Shown here one piece after another: positions 1 to 8,852 of a stretch of 32,000 bases of DNA. The stretch covers positions 1-32,000 of the forward strand of contig JAJRZD010000120.1 in NCBI GenBank assembly GCA_024275415.1, given 5' to 3'. The notes under the pieces are model-generated. The model made no database searches. It was not told the DNA's origin and saw only the letters and a list, made by a program, of their open reading frames with translations. Both the position numbers and the translations under genes were made by a program. The first letter of the stretch is position 1. Each line of letters starts with the position of its first letter. Source of the stretch: an archaeon (lineage in GTDB: Archaea > Asgardarchaeota > Thorarchaeia > Thorarchaeales > Thorarchaeaceae).

Positions 1-342
1 TACAGCATTATCCTGTCGATATTAGGATACTTTGGGGGTTTAGGATTTACTACCTTATTGTTGATGCTTGCTATTCTGGGGGTTTTCTCAGGCATCACCG
101 CACCGGCAGCAATGGCTCTTGTAGGTGACAGTGTGGGACAAGAAGACTTGGCAATGGCAATGGGCTTCTTCAATTTCATGGGGAACATGGGAATAATCAC
201 TGGACCATTTACATTTGGAGTCCTAATGTTTGTAACCGATTTCGTGATTGCATTCATGGTTGCGGGACTCTTGGAGTTGATCACGCTGGTTATGGCCATC
301 GTGCTAATCAAGATAGTTTTCAAGGAGAATTTAAATTTTTGA
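1..342 (+). CDS. MFS transporter, C-terminal fragment (5' end outside window)
   Basis: Frame is open from base 1 (YSIILSILGYFGGLGF...). Hydrophobic helices with MFS C-domain patterns (PAAMALVGD, G.AMG.FN...N.G...GP..G). Ends TGA at 340-342. Confidence 0.75.
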   Translation, partial: YSIILSILGYFGGLGFTTLLLMLAILGVFSGITAPAAMALVGDSVGQEDLAMAMGFFNFMGNMGIITGPFTFGVLMFVTDFVIAFMVAGLLELITLVMAIVLIKIVFKENLNF

Positions 343-375
343 GTTAGCGGATCTCAGTACTATCTGAATAAGCAG

Positions 376-1107
376 TCACTCAATCGACAGACGATTCCCG
401 ACCCGCAGTGACATCTCATGGGCTGCGCTTGAATTCTTCGCGGCAATCTCAAGAGTACCATAGCTCCCCGTTGTCAGGAAGACCCCTCTGTCAGGCCCTT
501 CGCCATATGTTGGATGCCAAGTCATCTCCCAGCGAAGATCATCAGTCTTGAGGACATACTGCTCCTTGTCCAGAGGAGGGATATTCGTGATAACATTCCC
601 GAAGCGATCGACACGCACCACCACACCTGACCGACCTTCGACATCAAACTCAATGACCACGCTTAAGAATGGTTTGAATCCGCCGAGCATCTTGTTCGCC
701 TGATTCCGGAGCATGTAGGCTGCCATGGGAGCGAAGACATCACGCCCGTGGAATGTCCGTGAAGCAGAGGGCGGCACAGTGATGGTTGACACGTTTGTGA
801 TGCCGTCATCAGCAGCAGCCGGATAGAGAAGCCCGTTGTCCGGACCTACGAAAGCATAGTTCTTTGTCCTCACTACGACAGGGTCACGCGATGTCCCAAC
901 ACCTGGGTCAACCACACAGACAAATATCGTGCCCTTCGGGAAATAGCGGTAGTTCTTATAGAGAACCCAAGCACCTTCAAAGACAGATTGAGGAGGTATG
1001 GCATGGGTCAAGTCCACGATATCAGCAGAAGGGCACAGAGAGTGGATGATGCCTTTCATGACGCCAACATACTCAGAATCACCAAAATCGGTCAAGAGAA
1101 CAATCAT
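376..1107 (-). CDS. SAM hydroxide adenosyltransferase / SAM-dependent chlorinase-fluorinase family (DUF62)
   Basis: Family motifs LLTDFG, VVDPGVGTSR, GPDNGLL, TFHGRDVFAP, VDRFGNVITN, GSYGTLEIA. Confidence 0.92.
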   Translation of the reverse strand: MIVLLTDFGDSEYVGVMKGIIHSLCPSADIVDLTHAIPPQSVFEGAWVLYKNYRYFPKGTIFVCVVDPGVGTSRDPVVVRTKNYAFVGPDNGLLYPAAADDGITNVSTITVPPSASRTFHGRDVFAPMAAYMLRNQANKMLGGFKPFLSVVIEFDVEGRSGVVVRVDRFGNVITNIPPLDKEQYVLKTDDLRWEMTWHPTYGEGPDRGVFLTTGSYGTLEIAAKNSSAAHEMSLRVGNRLSIE

Positions 1108-1123
1108 TTCACGACACCAGCGT

Positions 1124-2251
1124 TCATTCCACCTTCACGAGGCGAATCTCATTATAGTCTGTGAGCACTCGAATATATCCTCGTAGCATCTCATTTGTGT
1201 GTTCCTGCCCAGTATCCACCTTGAGGGTGCCACCCTCGATGCCTCTGAGCTTTGATGGGGTACAAATCACGATGATGTGGGACTTGCCGACCATGTCAAT
1301 GACCTTGGGACTGATCTGCTGATTCCCACGACCGAACAGCATCCCCTGATGCCCGATGGGCGACACGATGATCCACGTCTTCTCAGGGTTTCTGACCTTC
1401 TCAAGCAGGGTGGCTTCGTTCACGTCGTTGATCACCTCACCGGCAGAATAGAGGTCAACGCCCAAGATGGTCTTCTTTATCCCGAGCATGTCAGCCACTG
1501 TCTTGACTGTGGTTCCCGGACCGAGGATATACATACCATCCGGTACCATCTCCTCGATGACAGACTTGGCAATGGCTTCCTGTGCCTCATGTTCGTTGAT
1601 AGTTTCGGGGCTTGCTTGCTTGGCACCTTGAAATCGCGCAGGGACAGCAGGGCCCTTCAGGTAACCGTAAAGACGGATGACGAAGCGATCCTCACGGAAC
1701 GCGACCTCATCAGCATCCATGACTTCGAACTCGGTTGGTGTCGCAGTCCCTCCCACTACAAGCCTGAGGACTTCCGCAGCGTCCTTTGGGTTCACCACAA
1801 AGATACCACTATACATCTTCACACCCGAGGGGACGCCAATGACAAGCAGGTCATCAATCCCGCCCTCATCGACCGCATCCAGTACATCCCTTGCTGTGCC
1901 ATCCCCTCCTACAAATACAAGTAGTCGAACCCCACAGTCGTAAAGGGACTTCACACAAGCCTTCGTGTCATCAGAAGTCGTATGTTCCCCAATCTTGGCG
2001 GTGATAGTTTCATGCATTATCCCTGCTTCTTGGAGCACCTCTGCTCCCATCGGGGCGGGACATGAGATGAAGCTCACTACTTCCAGAACTGACCTGTCCG
2101 CAGCGACAGATTCTGCGAACTCCCGCGCCCGGAGAGGTGCAACAGGCTCTGCTCCGAGCTCGAGTGCCTTAGCAACCACTCCATCAGTACCTTTCAACCC
2201 GACACGACCGCCCATTCCGGCAATGGGGTTCACCAAGAAGCCGACTTTCAA
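1124..2251 (-). CDS. ATP-NAD kinase family protein (COG3199-like)
   Basis: NPIAGMGG, GGDGTARD and GVKMYSG motifs; C-terminal LFGRGNQQIS. Ends 16 bp before the DUF62 start, operon-like. Confidence 0.85.
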   Translation of the reverse strand: MKVGFLVNPIAGMGGRVGLKGTDGVVAKALELGAEPVAPLRAREFAESVAADRSVLEVVSFISCPAPMGAEVLQEAGIMHETITAKIGEHTTSDDTKACVKSLYDCGVRLLVFVGGDGTARDVLDAVDEGGIDDLLVIGVPSGVKMYSGIFVVNPKDAAEVLRLVVGGTATPTEFEVMDADEVAFREDRFVIRLYGYLKGPAVPARFQGAKQASPETINEHEAQEAIAKSVIEEMVPDGMYILGPGTTVKTVADMLGIKKTILGVDLYSAGEVINDVNEATLLEKVRNPEKTWIIVSPIGHQGMLFGRGNQQISPKVIDMVGKSHIIVICTPSKLRGIEGGTLKVDTGQEHTNEMLRGYIRVLTDYNEIRLVKVE

Positions 2252-2321
2252 TCTTGAACACCCTTGGCAATCATCAGTGGCATCTATGCTTTAGACATTG
2301 CGATAGTGATGAAGACAATAT

Positions 2322-2915
2322 CTATCCTGTCATTACTTTGAGGGCACCGACCTCGGCAGCACTTTGTATCCAGAAGCTGACCCTCACCAAGATCTCCTCA
2401 AGGAACCGAGGCTTGTCGTCGGGCTTGGCGTCCTCTGGCCAGCGGTTCCTGCGATACTCGTCAAACTTCTGGAATGTTCGTCCGTATTTGGTGGTCAGGG
2501 GAATCTTGACGAACCTGTCGCACACGGTTACAAGAGAGCGAATCAGGAGGACATAATCCAAGTTCAGCCGCATCAGCCATTTCGTGATTGCCTTGAAGAA
2601 TGCACGCGAATCGGTCCCTTCCCAGCCCAAGTCCATCAGCGACTCGCGCGATGAGGCTTCTACTCGGTTACTGTTGAAATCACAGTCCTTGCTATACAGG
2701 CACCGTGCCCTTACGAAGACTTTCCTCTCGGAGAACCACAAGATGATGTGGTGTTCTCCCTTCGACTTGAGCATCTCCTTGTGCTGTCCTGCTGGGAACG
2801 TGAGTTCCAGCACATTCTTTCTCTTGTATTTCTTGTCCTTTTTGAAGTACAGCTTCAGCGCCCATGATATTGCAGGAATCGTATTCACTGGGTAGAGCTC
2901 TTCCTTGTTGACCAT
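2322..2915 (-). CDS. Hypothetical protein, 197 aa, basic and aromatic-rich
   Basis: Fills the gap between the Rab-like and NAD-kinase genes on the same strand; globular-looking composition; no family recognised. Confidence 0.7.
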   Translation of the reverse strand: MVNKEELYPVNTIPAISWALKLYFKKDKKYKRKNVLELTFPAGQHKEMLKSKGEHHIILWFSERKVFVRARCLYSKDCDFNSNRVEASSRESLMDLGWEGTDSRAFFKAITKWLMRLNLDYVLLIRSLVTVCDRFVKIPLTTKYGRTFQKFDEYRRNRWPEDAKPDDKPRFLEEILVRVSFWIQSAAEVGALKVMTG

Positions 2916-2978
2916 CTCAGATAAGATTCATATGACAAGCCCTGATAAGAATTGGGGAATCCGACAATACGGGTGGAA

Positions 2979-3527
2979 TCACACTTCACTTTGCGAGCGC
3001 TTATCCACCAAGGTCTTGGCGAGTTCCTCAAATATGTCAACAATGCCTTCACCAGTCTTTGCAGAACTCTCCAGATATGGCATCCCATGCTCATCTGCGA
3101 ACTTTCTGCCCTCTGAAGGCTCGATGACACGGTCTGGGAGGTCAGTCTTGTTTGCGACAAGGACGAGTGGAATCTGCTTTCCAATAGCCTTCTCAAGCTC
3201 CCGCAGCCATTCTTCCAGGACGATGAATGTGCGGCGCCGGGTCACATCATAGACAAGGATACCACCACTGGAACCACGGTAGTACATCGGACGAAGTATC
3301 TGGAACCGTGACTGTCCTGCAACATCCCAGATCTGCAATTTGACCGTATAGCGCGACCCAGAGTTGTCTGTAATATCGATATTCTTTACAGCGAACTGAG
3401 AGCCAATCGTGGTCTTGTAGTCAGTTCTGAAAAATCCATGTGAGAATCGAGTCACGACAGCGGTCTTTCCTACTGCTCCTTCGCCAAGCACGACGATTTT
3501 GAACAAAAAATCATAGCTGGAACTCAT
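2979..3527 (-). CDS. Rab-like small GTPase (Ras superfamily; eukaryotic signature protein)
   Basis: G1 GEGAVGKT, G2 T (TTIG), G3 WDVAGQ, G4 NKTD, G5 SSAK. RabF-like IGSQF, KLQIW, RFQIL, YYRGS, LVYDVT. Confidence 0.95.
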   Translation of the reverse strand: MSSSYDFLFKIVVLGEGAVGKTAVVTRFSHGFFRTDYKTTIGSQFAVKNIDITDNSGSRYTVKLQIWDVAGQSRFQILRPMYYRGSSGGILVYDVTRRRTFIVLEEWLRELEKAIGKQIPLVLVANKTDLPDRVIEPSEGRKFADEHGMPYLESSAKTGEGIVDIFEELAKTLVDKRSQSEV

Positions 3528-3745
3528 TGTTTACCATCTCGCTCTTGCAGTAGGTGAGTTGTACTTGTTCGATAAAGCGTACGGGTCTAATAAGCTTTCG
3601 TTCGATTGAACGCAGTGATGACGAATAACACCACCACAACGAAAAAGTAAATCTCTAGATGTGTTACCATCTACGATTACTGCATTTCTGCTGTCATTGT
3701 CACATCCAAGAGGTTCAGGAACCTGCTCATAACCAGCACAGGCCA

Positions 3746-4543
3746 CTAGGCCAAGTGTTCTGTTTCAAGCCACGAAAAGAACCGCTCAAGGTGAGCATTG
3801 AAGTTTTCGAACACCTCGACCATGGGCGAGTGATCGCCCCCCTCAACAATTGCATACTGGGAGCCCTTGATGGCATCGGCAAGTGCCTTCGCCCTCTTTG
3901 GTTTGATGATATCGTCGTCCTCACCGACCACAACGAGAGTGGGAATGGAAATCTCATGGAGCCGTTCGGTCACATCAAAGTCGTCACATGCATCAAGATC
4001 CCGAAGAATGGTACGGTCAAATGATACTGCGATTTTCTGATAGTCAGGTAAGATATACTTCTCAAGCTCGTCCTCGAGGTGAGAAAAGTCCTGTTTGGGA
4101 GAATGATCCTCCAAGGCCTCGATAACCAATCCAACAATGAGCTTTCGCAGGTCAAGATCTGATGTAGTATCTGCGAGCACTATTGCTAGAGGTTGTCTGA
4201 ATGACGGATTGAGAACGTACGACATGACCACTCCGCCGCCCATTGAGTGACCAACAAGGACAAACCGAACCAGTCCAAGATGCTCGACCAATGCAGATAC
4301 CTGTTCAGGGAACCCACGAATGACATCAGGATGGTCATCAATCTTCTCTGACTCGCCATGACCGTACAGGTCAAGTGCGATGACACGATGCTGCTTCCTG
4401 AAATGGATAAGCTGAAGAGACCAGATGAGGCGAGAAGAGCCTGCGCCGTGCACAAAGACTATGTCCAAACCTTTCGATCTGTCTTCTCGTTCGTCTAGTT
4501 CGATGTAGTGCATCCGCGCACCACGGAATTCGAAGAAAGGCAT
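3746..4543 (-). CDS. Alpha/beta-fold hydrolase
   Basis: Oxyanion HGAG, nucleophile elbow GHSMGG, acid in GEDDDII, His in GGDHSP. Confidence 0.93.
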   Translation of the reverse strand: MPFFEFRGARMHYIELDEREDRSKGLDIVFVHGAGSSRLIWSLQLIHFRKQHRVIALDLYGHGESEKIDDHPDVIRGFPEQVSALVEHLGLVRFVLVGHSMGGGVVMSYVLNPSFRQPLAIVLADTTSDLDLRKLIVGLVIEALEDHSPKQDFSHLEDELEKYILPDYQKIAVSFDRTILRDLDACDDFDVTERLHEISIPTLVVVGEDDDIIKPKRAKALADAIKGSQYAIVEGGDHSPMVEVFENFNAHLERFFSWLETEHLA

Positions 4544-4643
4544 TGTAGTGATCCCAAAAATCGAAGGGCTGTATCTACATTTAGGTGTATTTTGGATTTA
4601 GTTACCTTTTTCTGTCATCAGGTCGGGATATTCACTGACTATT

Positions 4644-6020
4644 ATGACAGGCAAGCTCTTTGGAACCACTGGAGTCCGAAAATTGTATGGAGAAGGGTTC
4701 ACGCTGGACATGGCACTTGACCTTGGGAAAGCAGTTGGTACGTACCTTAGAGAAGGCACCATTCTCTTAGCAAGGGATGCCCGAACCACTGGGAAGATGG
4801 TGGCCGACTCATTGTGTGCCGGAATAGTGTCTACCGGAGTCAATGTAAAACGCGCAGGAGTCATCCCCACACCGACACTGGCATTCCTAGCGAAGAAACT
4901 CGGGCTTTCAGCAGGGATAATGGTGACTGCCTCTCACAATCCCCCTGAATACACAGGTGTGAAGTTCTGGTCAGGGGACAGCATGGGCTTCACACCGGAT
5001 ATGGAGGCAGAGATAGAGAGGATATACGAGTCAAAAGAGTTCAAGGTAGCCGATTGGAGTTCACTAGGGGATATATCGCGAATCGACAACGGCGCAGAGA
5101 TTCACATCGAGGAACTCTTGAAACAGTGTGATGTCAAGAAGATCCGGAGCAAACAGTATCATGTCATCGTAGACCCGGGAAACGGAGCGGCCTGTGTGCT
5201 CACACCATACCTCATGCGGGAGTTAGGGTGCAAGGTGATAACCATCAATGGACAGCTCGATGGACATTTCCCAGGCAGGAGGTCTGAGCCTGAAGAGGAA
5301 ACGCTTGGCGACCTTATCAAACTGGTCAAGGATACAGCAGCGAACTTAGGTATCGCCCATGATGGTGATTCGGATAGAGTTGTGTTCGTCACAGAAAAAG
5401 GAGAGGTGGTTCGTGGTGACCGCACTATCGCCCTGTTTGCACGAAATGCGTTGGGAATAAGCAGGTCAAAGAAAATCATTACCACCGTGGACAGCTCAAA
5501 GGTCTTGGACGAGGTCGTTTCAGAGGTTGGAGGATCTACAGAAAGAACCCCTGTTGGCGACATCCAAGTGGCGGTCAAGATCAAAGAAACCGATGCAGTC
5601 CTTGGGGGCGAGGCGTGTGGAGTATTCATATTCCCTGAGTTCCACTTGGCTCCGGAGCCATTTCTTGCAGCATGTAAGATACTTGAGATGATGGCAGAGT
5701 CTGACCGGAGCTTCGGTGACCTGATTTCCGAAATCCCAATTTATCCGCTGAAGAAGACGAAACTGGCAGTTCCGAACGATAAGAAAGCCACGGTCATGAA
5801 TGCCCTTACGGAAAGCTTGCCAAAAGCTCTTGGTGATGTCAAAGAGGTCTTGACCGTGGATGGACTCGGCATCTCACTGACACAGGGGTGGGTTCTCGTG
5901 AGACCTTCTGGTACTGAGCCTGTCATTCGTATAACCTGTGAGGCGCCTACGGTGGAGATAGTAGAGGATATATTAGAACGCGCAAAGAAAGAAGTTGAAT
6001 CAATAATAGGCGATTCATGA
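4644..6020 (+). CDS. glmM: Phosphoglucosamine mutase / phosphomannomutase-phosphoglucomutase
   Basis: LFGTTGVR, phosphoserine loop TASHNP, metal loop DGDSDR, sugar loop GGEACG, C-terminal VRPSGTEP. Substrate specificity not provable from motifs. Confidence 0.9.
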   Translation: MTGKLFGTTGVRKLYGEGFTLDMALDLGKAVGTYLREGTILLARDARTTGKMVADSLCAGIVSTGVNVKRAGVIPTPTLAFLAKKLGLSAGIMVTASHNPPEYTGVKFWSGDSMGFTPDMEAEIERIYESKEFKVADWSSLGDISRIDNGAEIHIEELLKQCDVKKIRSKQYHVIVDPGNGAACVLTPYLMRELGCKVITINGQLDGHFPGRRSEPEEETLGDLIKLVKDTAANLGIAHDGDSDRVVFVTEKGEVVRGDRTIALFARNALGISRSKKIITTVDSSKVLDEVVSEVGGSTERTPVGDIQVAVKIKETDAVLGGEACGVFIFPEFHLAPEPFLAACKILEMMAESDRSFGDLISEIPIYPLKKTKLAVPNDKKATVMNALTESLPKALGDVKEVLTVDGLGISLTQGWVLVRPSGTEPVIRITCEAPTVEIVEDILERAKKEVESIIGDS

Positions 6021-6473
6021 ATGAATATATCATCGGAAATTCCGAGGCATTGTGCAAGACGCTCTTGAGTAAAAGATAATGCGTTTTCGGATTGTTCATT
6101 AATACGACAAAACCTACACCGAGGGTTGTCATGTGTTGCTTTGCTTTTTCGTACAACGTCATGATGCAACACATTTATTATAATTTGCAAGAAGTGCTGC
6201 GTGCGGAATACTCCTAGGCCAAGGAAGTAATCTGTTGTGCCCATGAATTGGATGTTATTCAATGTGGTTGTTTCGTTATATTCACTTTTTTATTCTCGCA
6301 CCAGTTCGCATTAACAGGTCGAGTTGCTGGTCTGCAGAGGTAGAAAGGGATACAAATAGGTCGTCCATAGTTAACATAGAGTCTATTAAATTCAAAAAAC
6401 TGATGGAAACTATACTGCTTTCACAATGGTAGACTTTTTATCATCATACTAAAGACTACGCTATCCGGACAAT

Positions 6474-6481
6474 CTTTATAG
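6474..6481 (+). promoter_or_regulatory. Putative TATA box for the 6525 gene
   Basis: CTTTATAG about 44 bp upstream of ATG 6525 in an AT-rich intergenic region. Confidence 0.45.
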
Positions 6482-6524
6482 CGATTTTAATCGAGAGTTC
6501 ACTTACTGACCTGAGGCATATCCA

Positions 6525-6923
6525 ATGGGCGATGAAGAAGATTTCATTATGGAAGAGTTCGAGTGGGCCCTGAAAGATCCTACCGAAGAGAAACTGAGAC
6601 AGCTTGGAGAAGTAGTCAGTATTATAACTGGGAAGCTCGTTGAAGCCTTCGGCCAGTTAGAGAAGCGTCTGGATGATATCGAAGGTCAAGTTTCACAACT
6701 GGGTTCTAGGATTGACTCCTTAAGTAGTAAAATTGCGTCTGGAGCGGTGGCAGCAAGTCCCTCAGCAGCCGCAGATGCAGCTCCGGCAATGGCCTCTGCC
6801 CCGATTCCAAAGGCACCCTCTCCGAAACCTGCTGGGGGTGGCGGGATGAGCATGATGGGCGAACTCAAAGCACTGCTTGCAGCTAGAAGGGCAAAGGCAG
6901 ACAGCGGGACAGATTCCGGCTAG
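6525..6923 (+). CDS. Small protein: coiled coil + Ala/Pro-rich linker + C-terminal Ena/VASP-FAB/WH2-like helix (putative actin-binding)
   Basis: Clean heptads L-EKR-L-DD-I-EGQ-V-SQ-L-GSR-I-DS-L-SSK-I; linker APIPKAPSPKP; GGGGMSMMGELKALLAARRAKA. Confidence is for the CDS; function is inference. Confidence 0.8.
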   Translation: MGDEEDFIMEEFEWALKDPTEEKLRQLGEVVSIITGKLVEAFGQLEKRLDDIEGQVSQLGSRIDSLSSKIASGAVAASPSAAADAAPAMASAPIPKAPSPKPAGGGGMSMMGELKALLAARRAKADSGTDSG

Positions 6924-7597
6924 ATAAGCGATTTCACACTGTTTCGAGGGTAGAATGGCCCTGCGTGGAAAGGCATCTCGATAGTGAATGCTTCCGCCCG
7001 CTGACATCCGGCCTGAACACCACGGAGAAGCGTCCGAACATCATAGAAACGCGGATAGAATCGGTTTGCTTTTCTGATTTGAGATTCATGACTGCATAGT
7101 GCATTCAGGGCAATATCATACGACTCGGTAATGTCCACAAGCACATGGGGTCGGGACAGAAGGCTGTTTATCTCCATATGGTAGATTCGTTCGACCCTGT
7201 GGGCATCCTCAAAGATTGTGGTATGAGATGCCCATTCCACAGCCTGACTCACAATCTCTGCGCAGGTGGCGTGATTCTGGTTATAGTCATCGCGGGAGTG
7301 AGTGATGAGGATTGAAGGGCGGAAATCCAAAATGGTCTGCACCACTTCATCCTTAACTGTCATGTCTATTGCAAAATCATCCCGTATCTTAGTTATGAGA
7401 TTCCTGACACCTAGTTCGTTGCAGGCTGCTCTCATCTCAGCTTCACGGGTTGTATTGCCTGTCAGACATAGCACATCAATGGGAACACCTCGCATGGTAT
7501 GAGAGGCAATAGTTCCTCCGGCCCCAAGACTTTCGTCATCAGGATGGGCGCAGACTACCAGAATAGATTGATCCATAGGCTCGGAACCCCATGTCAT
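6920..7597 (-). CDS. bshB: PIG-L/LmbE family deacetylase, probable BshB (GlcNAc-malate deacetylase); start at 7597 or 7576
   Basis: CAHPDDESLGAGGT motif, REAEMRAACNELGV, ALCSHESQ, AEAF; divergent from bshA-bshC. Confidence 0.82.
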   Translation of the reverse strand: MTWGSEPMDQSILVVCAHPDDESLGAGGTIASHTMRGVPIDVLCLTGNTTREAEMRAACNELGVRNLITKIRDDFAIDMTVKDEVVQTILDFRPSILITHSRDDYNQNHATCAEIVSQAVEWASHTTIFEDAHRVERIYHMEINSLLSRPHVLVDITESYDIALNALCSHESQIRKANRFYPRFYDVRTLLRGVQAGCQRAEAFTIEMPFHAGPFYPRNSVKSLI

Positions 7598-7685
7598 TCT
7601 AATCAATATTTGCTATCGAAGAAAAATGTCTTGACCATTTGCCTTAAAGGGGAAATCCTCATCCTCGATTAATAGGTCGTTTAGC

Positions 7686-8852
7686 GTGAGAATTGGCGTC
7701 AACCTATACCCTTCCGTCGGCGGTTCTGGATATCTTGCTACAAGACTTGGACAACACCTTGCTGAAAGGAATCACATCATCCATTTCATCACCTACCAGC
7801 GTCCGTTCTCTTTGATGTGGGAACAGACTCGTGGGGTCTACGTTGACCTCGTAGATAGCTTCGATTATCCACTCTTCAAGAATATTGGATCCCCCTATAC
7901 AATGGCTCTGACCTCTAAGATAGTGAAGTCAGTAAGAGATTCGCATTTGGATCTTATCCATTCTCATTATGCCATCCCACATGCGATGTCTGCATTCATG
8001 GCAAGGGAAATTACAGGGACACCCTATGTCGTGACTCTGCATGGGTCTGATGTCCATACACTCGGGACTGACCCCGCCTACAAACCGGTCGTGAAGCATA
8101 CCGTGGAGCAGGCTGATGCGGTGACATGCGTTTCAGAGTACCTCCGGGAGAAGGCACAGAATGATCTTGGCATCGAGCGTGATATCCATGTGATTCCGAA
8201 CTTCATCGATACTCGAAGGTTCACGCATCGCAGCGGAATCAGACTTGTGGTCGAGAGCGGCTGTGTGTCCTTGCGATCCGAGGAAGATGTCAGAGATATA
8301 GCACCTGATGAACGTGTCCTGTTCCATGCCTCGAATTTTAGGAGAATCAAAAGGGTTGTCGAGCTAATCGAGATCATGCGTATCGTTGTGGATCATTACC
8401 CGAAAGCAAGATTGATTATCGCTGGGGATGGCCCTACACGAATCGAGGTTGAACGCACAATCGAGAAGCTGGATCTTTGTAACAATGTCCATCTGCTGGG
8501 AATCAAGAGCAACATCCAGGATATCATGTGTTCGGCGGATATATTCTTGCTCAACTCGACACAGGAAGGGATGCCCTTAGTACTACTTGAAGCCATGGCG
8601 TGTAGTTTGCCCGTCATCACAACACCAGCAGGCGGAATACCGGAACTTGTCCGTCCTGATGTGGATGGAATAGTCACCAAGGACTTTGACAAGGAAAGAT
8701 TTGCAGAGGCGGTAATCAATCTTCTTGAGAACGACTCTCTTAGGAACAAATATGCGAGAGCAGGACGAAAACGTGTGGAAGAGAGTTTATCTGCTGATGA
8801 TATAGTGAGCCAATATGAGAGGGTGTTCGAATCTGTGCTAGAGTCTAGGTGA
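7686..8852 (+). CDS. bshA: N-acetyl-alpha-D-glucosaminyl L-malate synthase (GT4)
   Basis: YPSVGGSG..AT.LG..LA.R.H..HFITY..PF, HSHYAIPHA, TLHGSDV, HASNFRRIKRV, EGMPLVLLEAMA; closely follows the BshA pattern. GTG start. Confidence 0.92.
   Translation: MRIGVNLYPSVGGSGYLATRLGQHLAERNHIIHFITYQRPFSLMWEQTRGVYVDLVDSFDYPLFKNIGSPYTMALTSKIVKSVRDSHLDLIHSHYAIPHAMSAFMAREITGTPYVVTLHGSDVHTLGTDPAYKPVVKHTVEQADAVTCVSEYLREKAQNDLGIERDIHVIPNFIDTRRFTHRSGIRLVVESGCVSLRSEEDVRDIAPDERVLFHASNFRRIKRVVELIEIMRIVVDHYPKARLIIAGDGPTRIEVERTIEKLDLCNNVHLLGIKSNIQDIMCSADIFLLNSTQEGMPLVLLEAMACSLPVITTPAGGIPELVRPDVDGIVTKDFDKERFAEAVINLLENDSLRNKYARAGRKRVEESLSADDIVSQYERVFESVLESR

Noticed and set aside
1277-1924. Long antisense or alternative-frame ORFs (e.g. 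1277-1924, 5159-5629, 11801-12451, 21954-22367, 24479-25144, 31191-31721)
   Set aside because: They overlap well-supported genes (opposite strand or alternative frame) and have no motifs; typical shadow ORFs.
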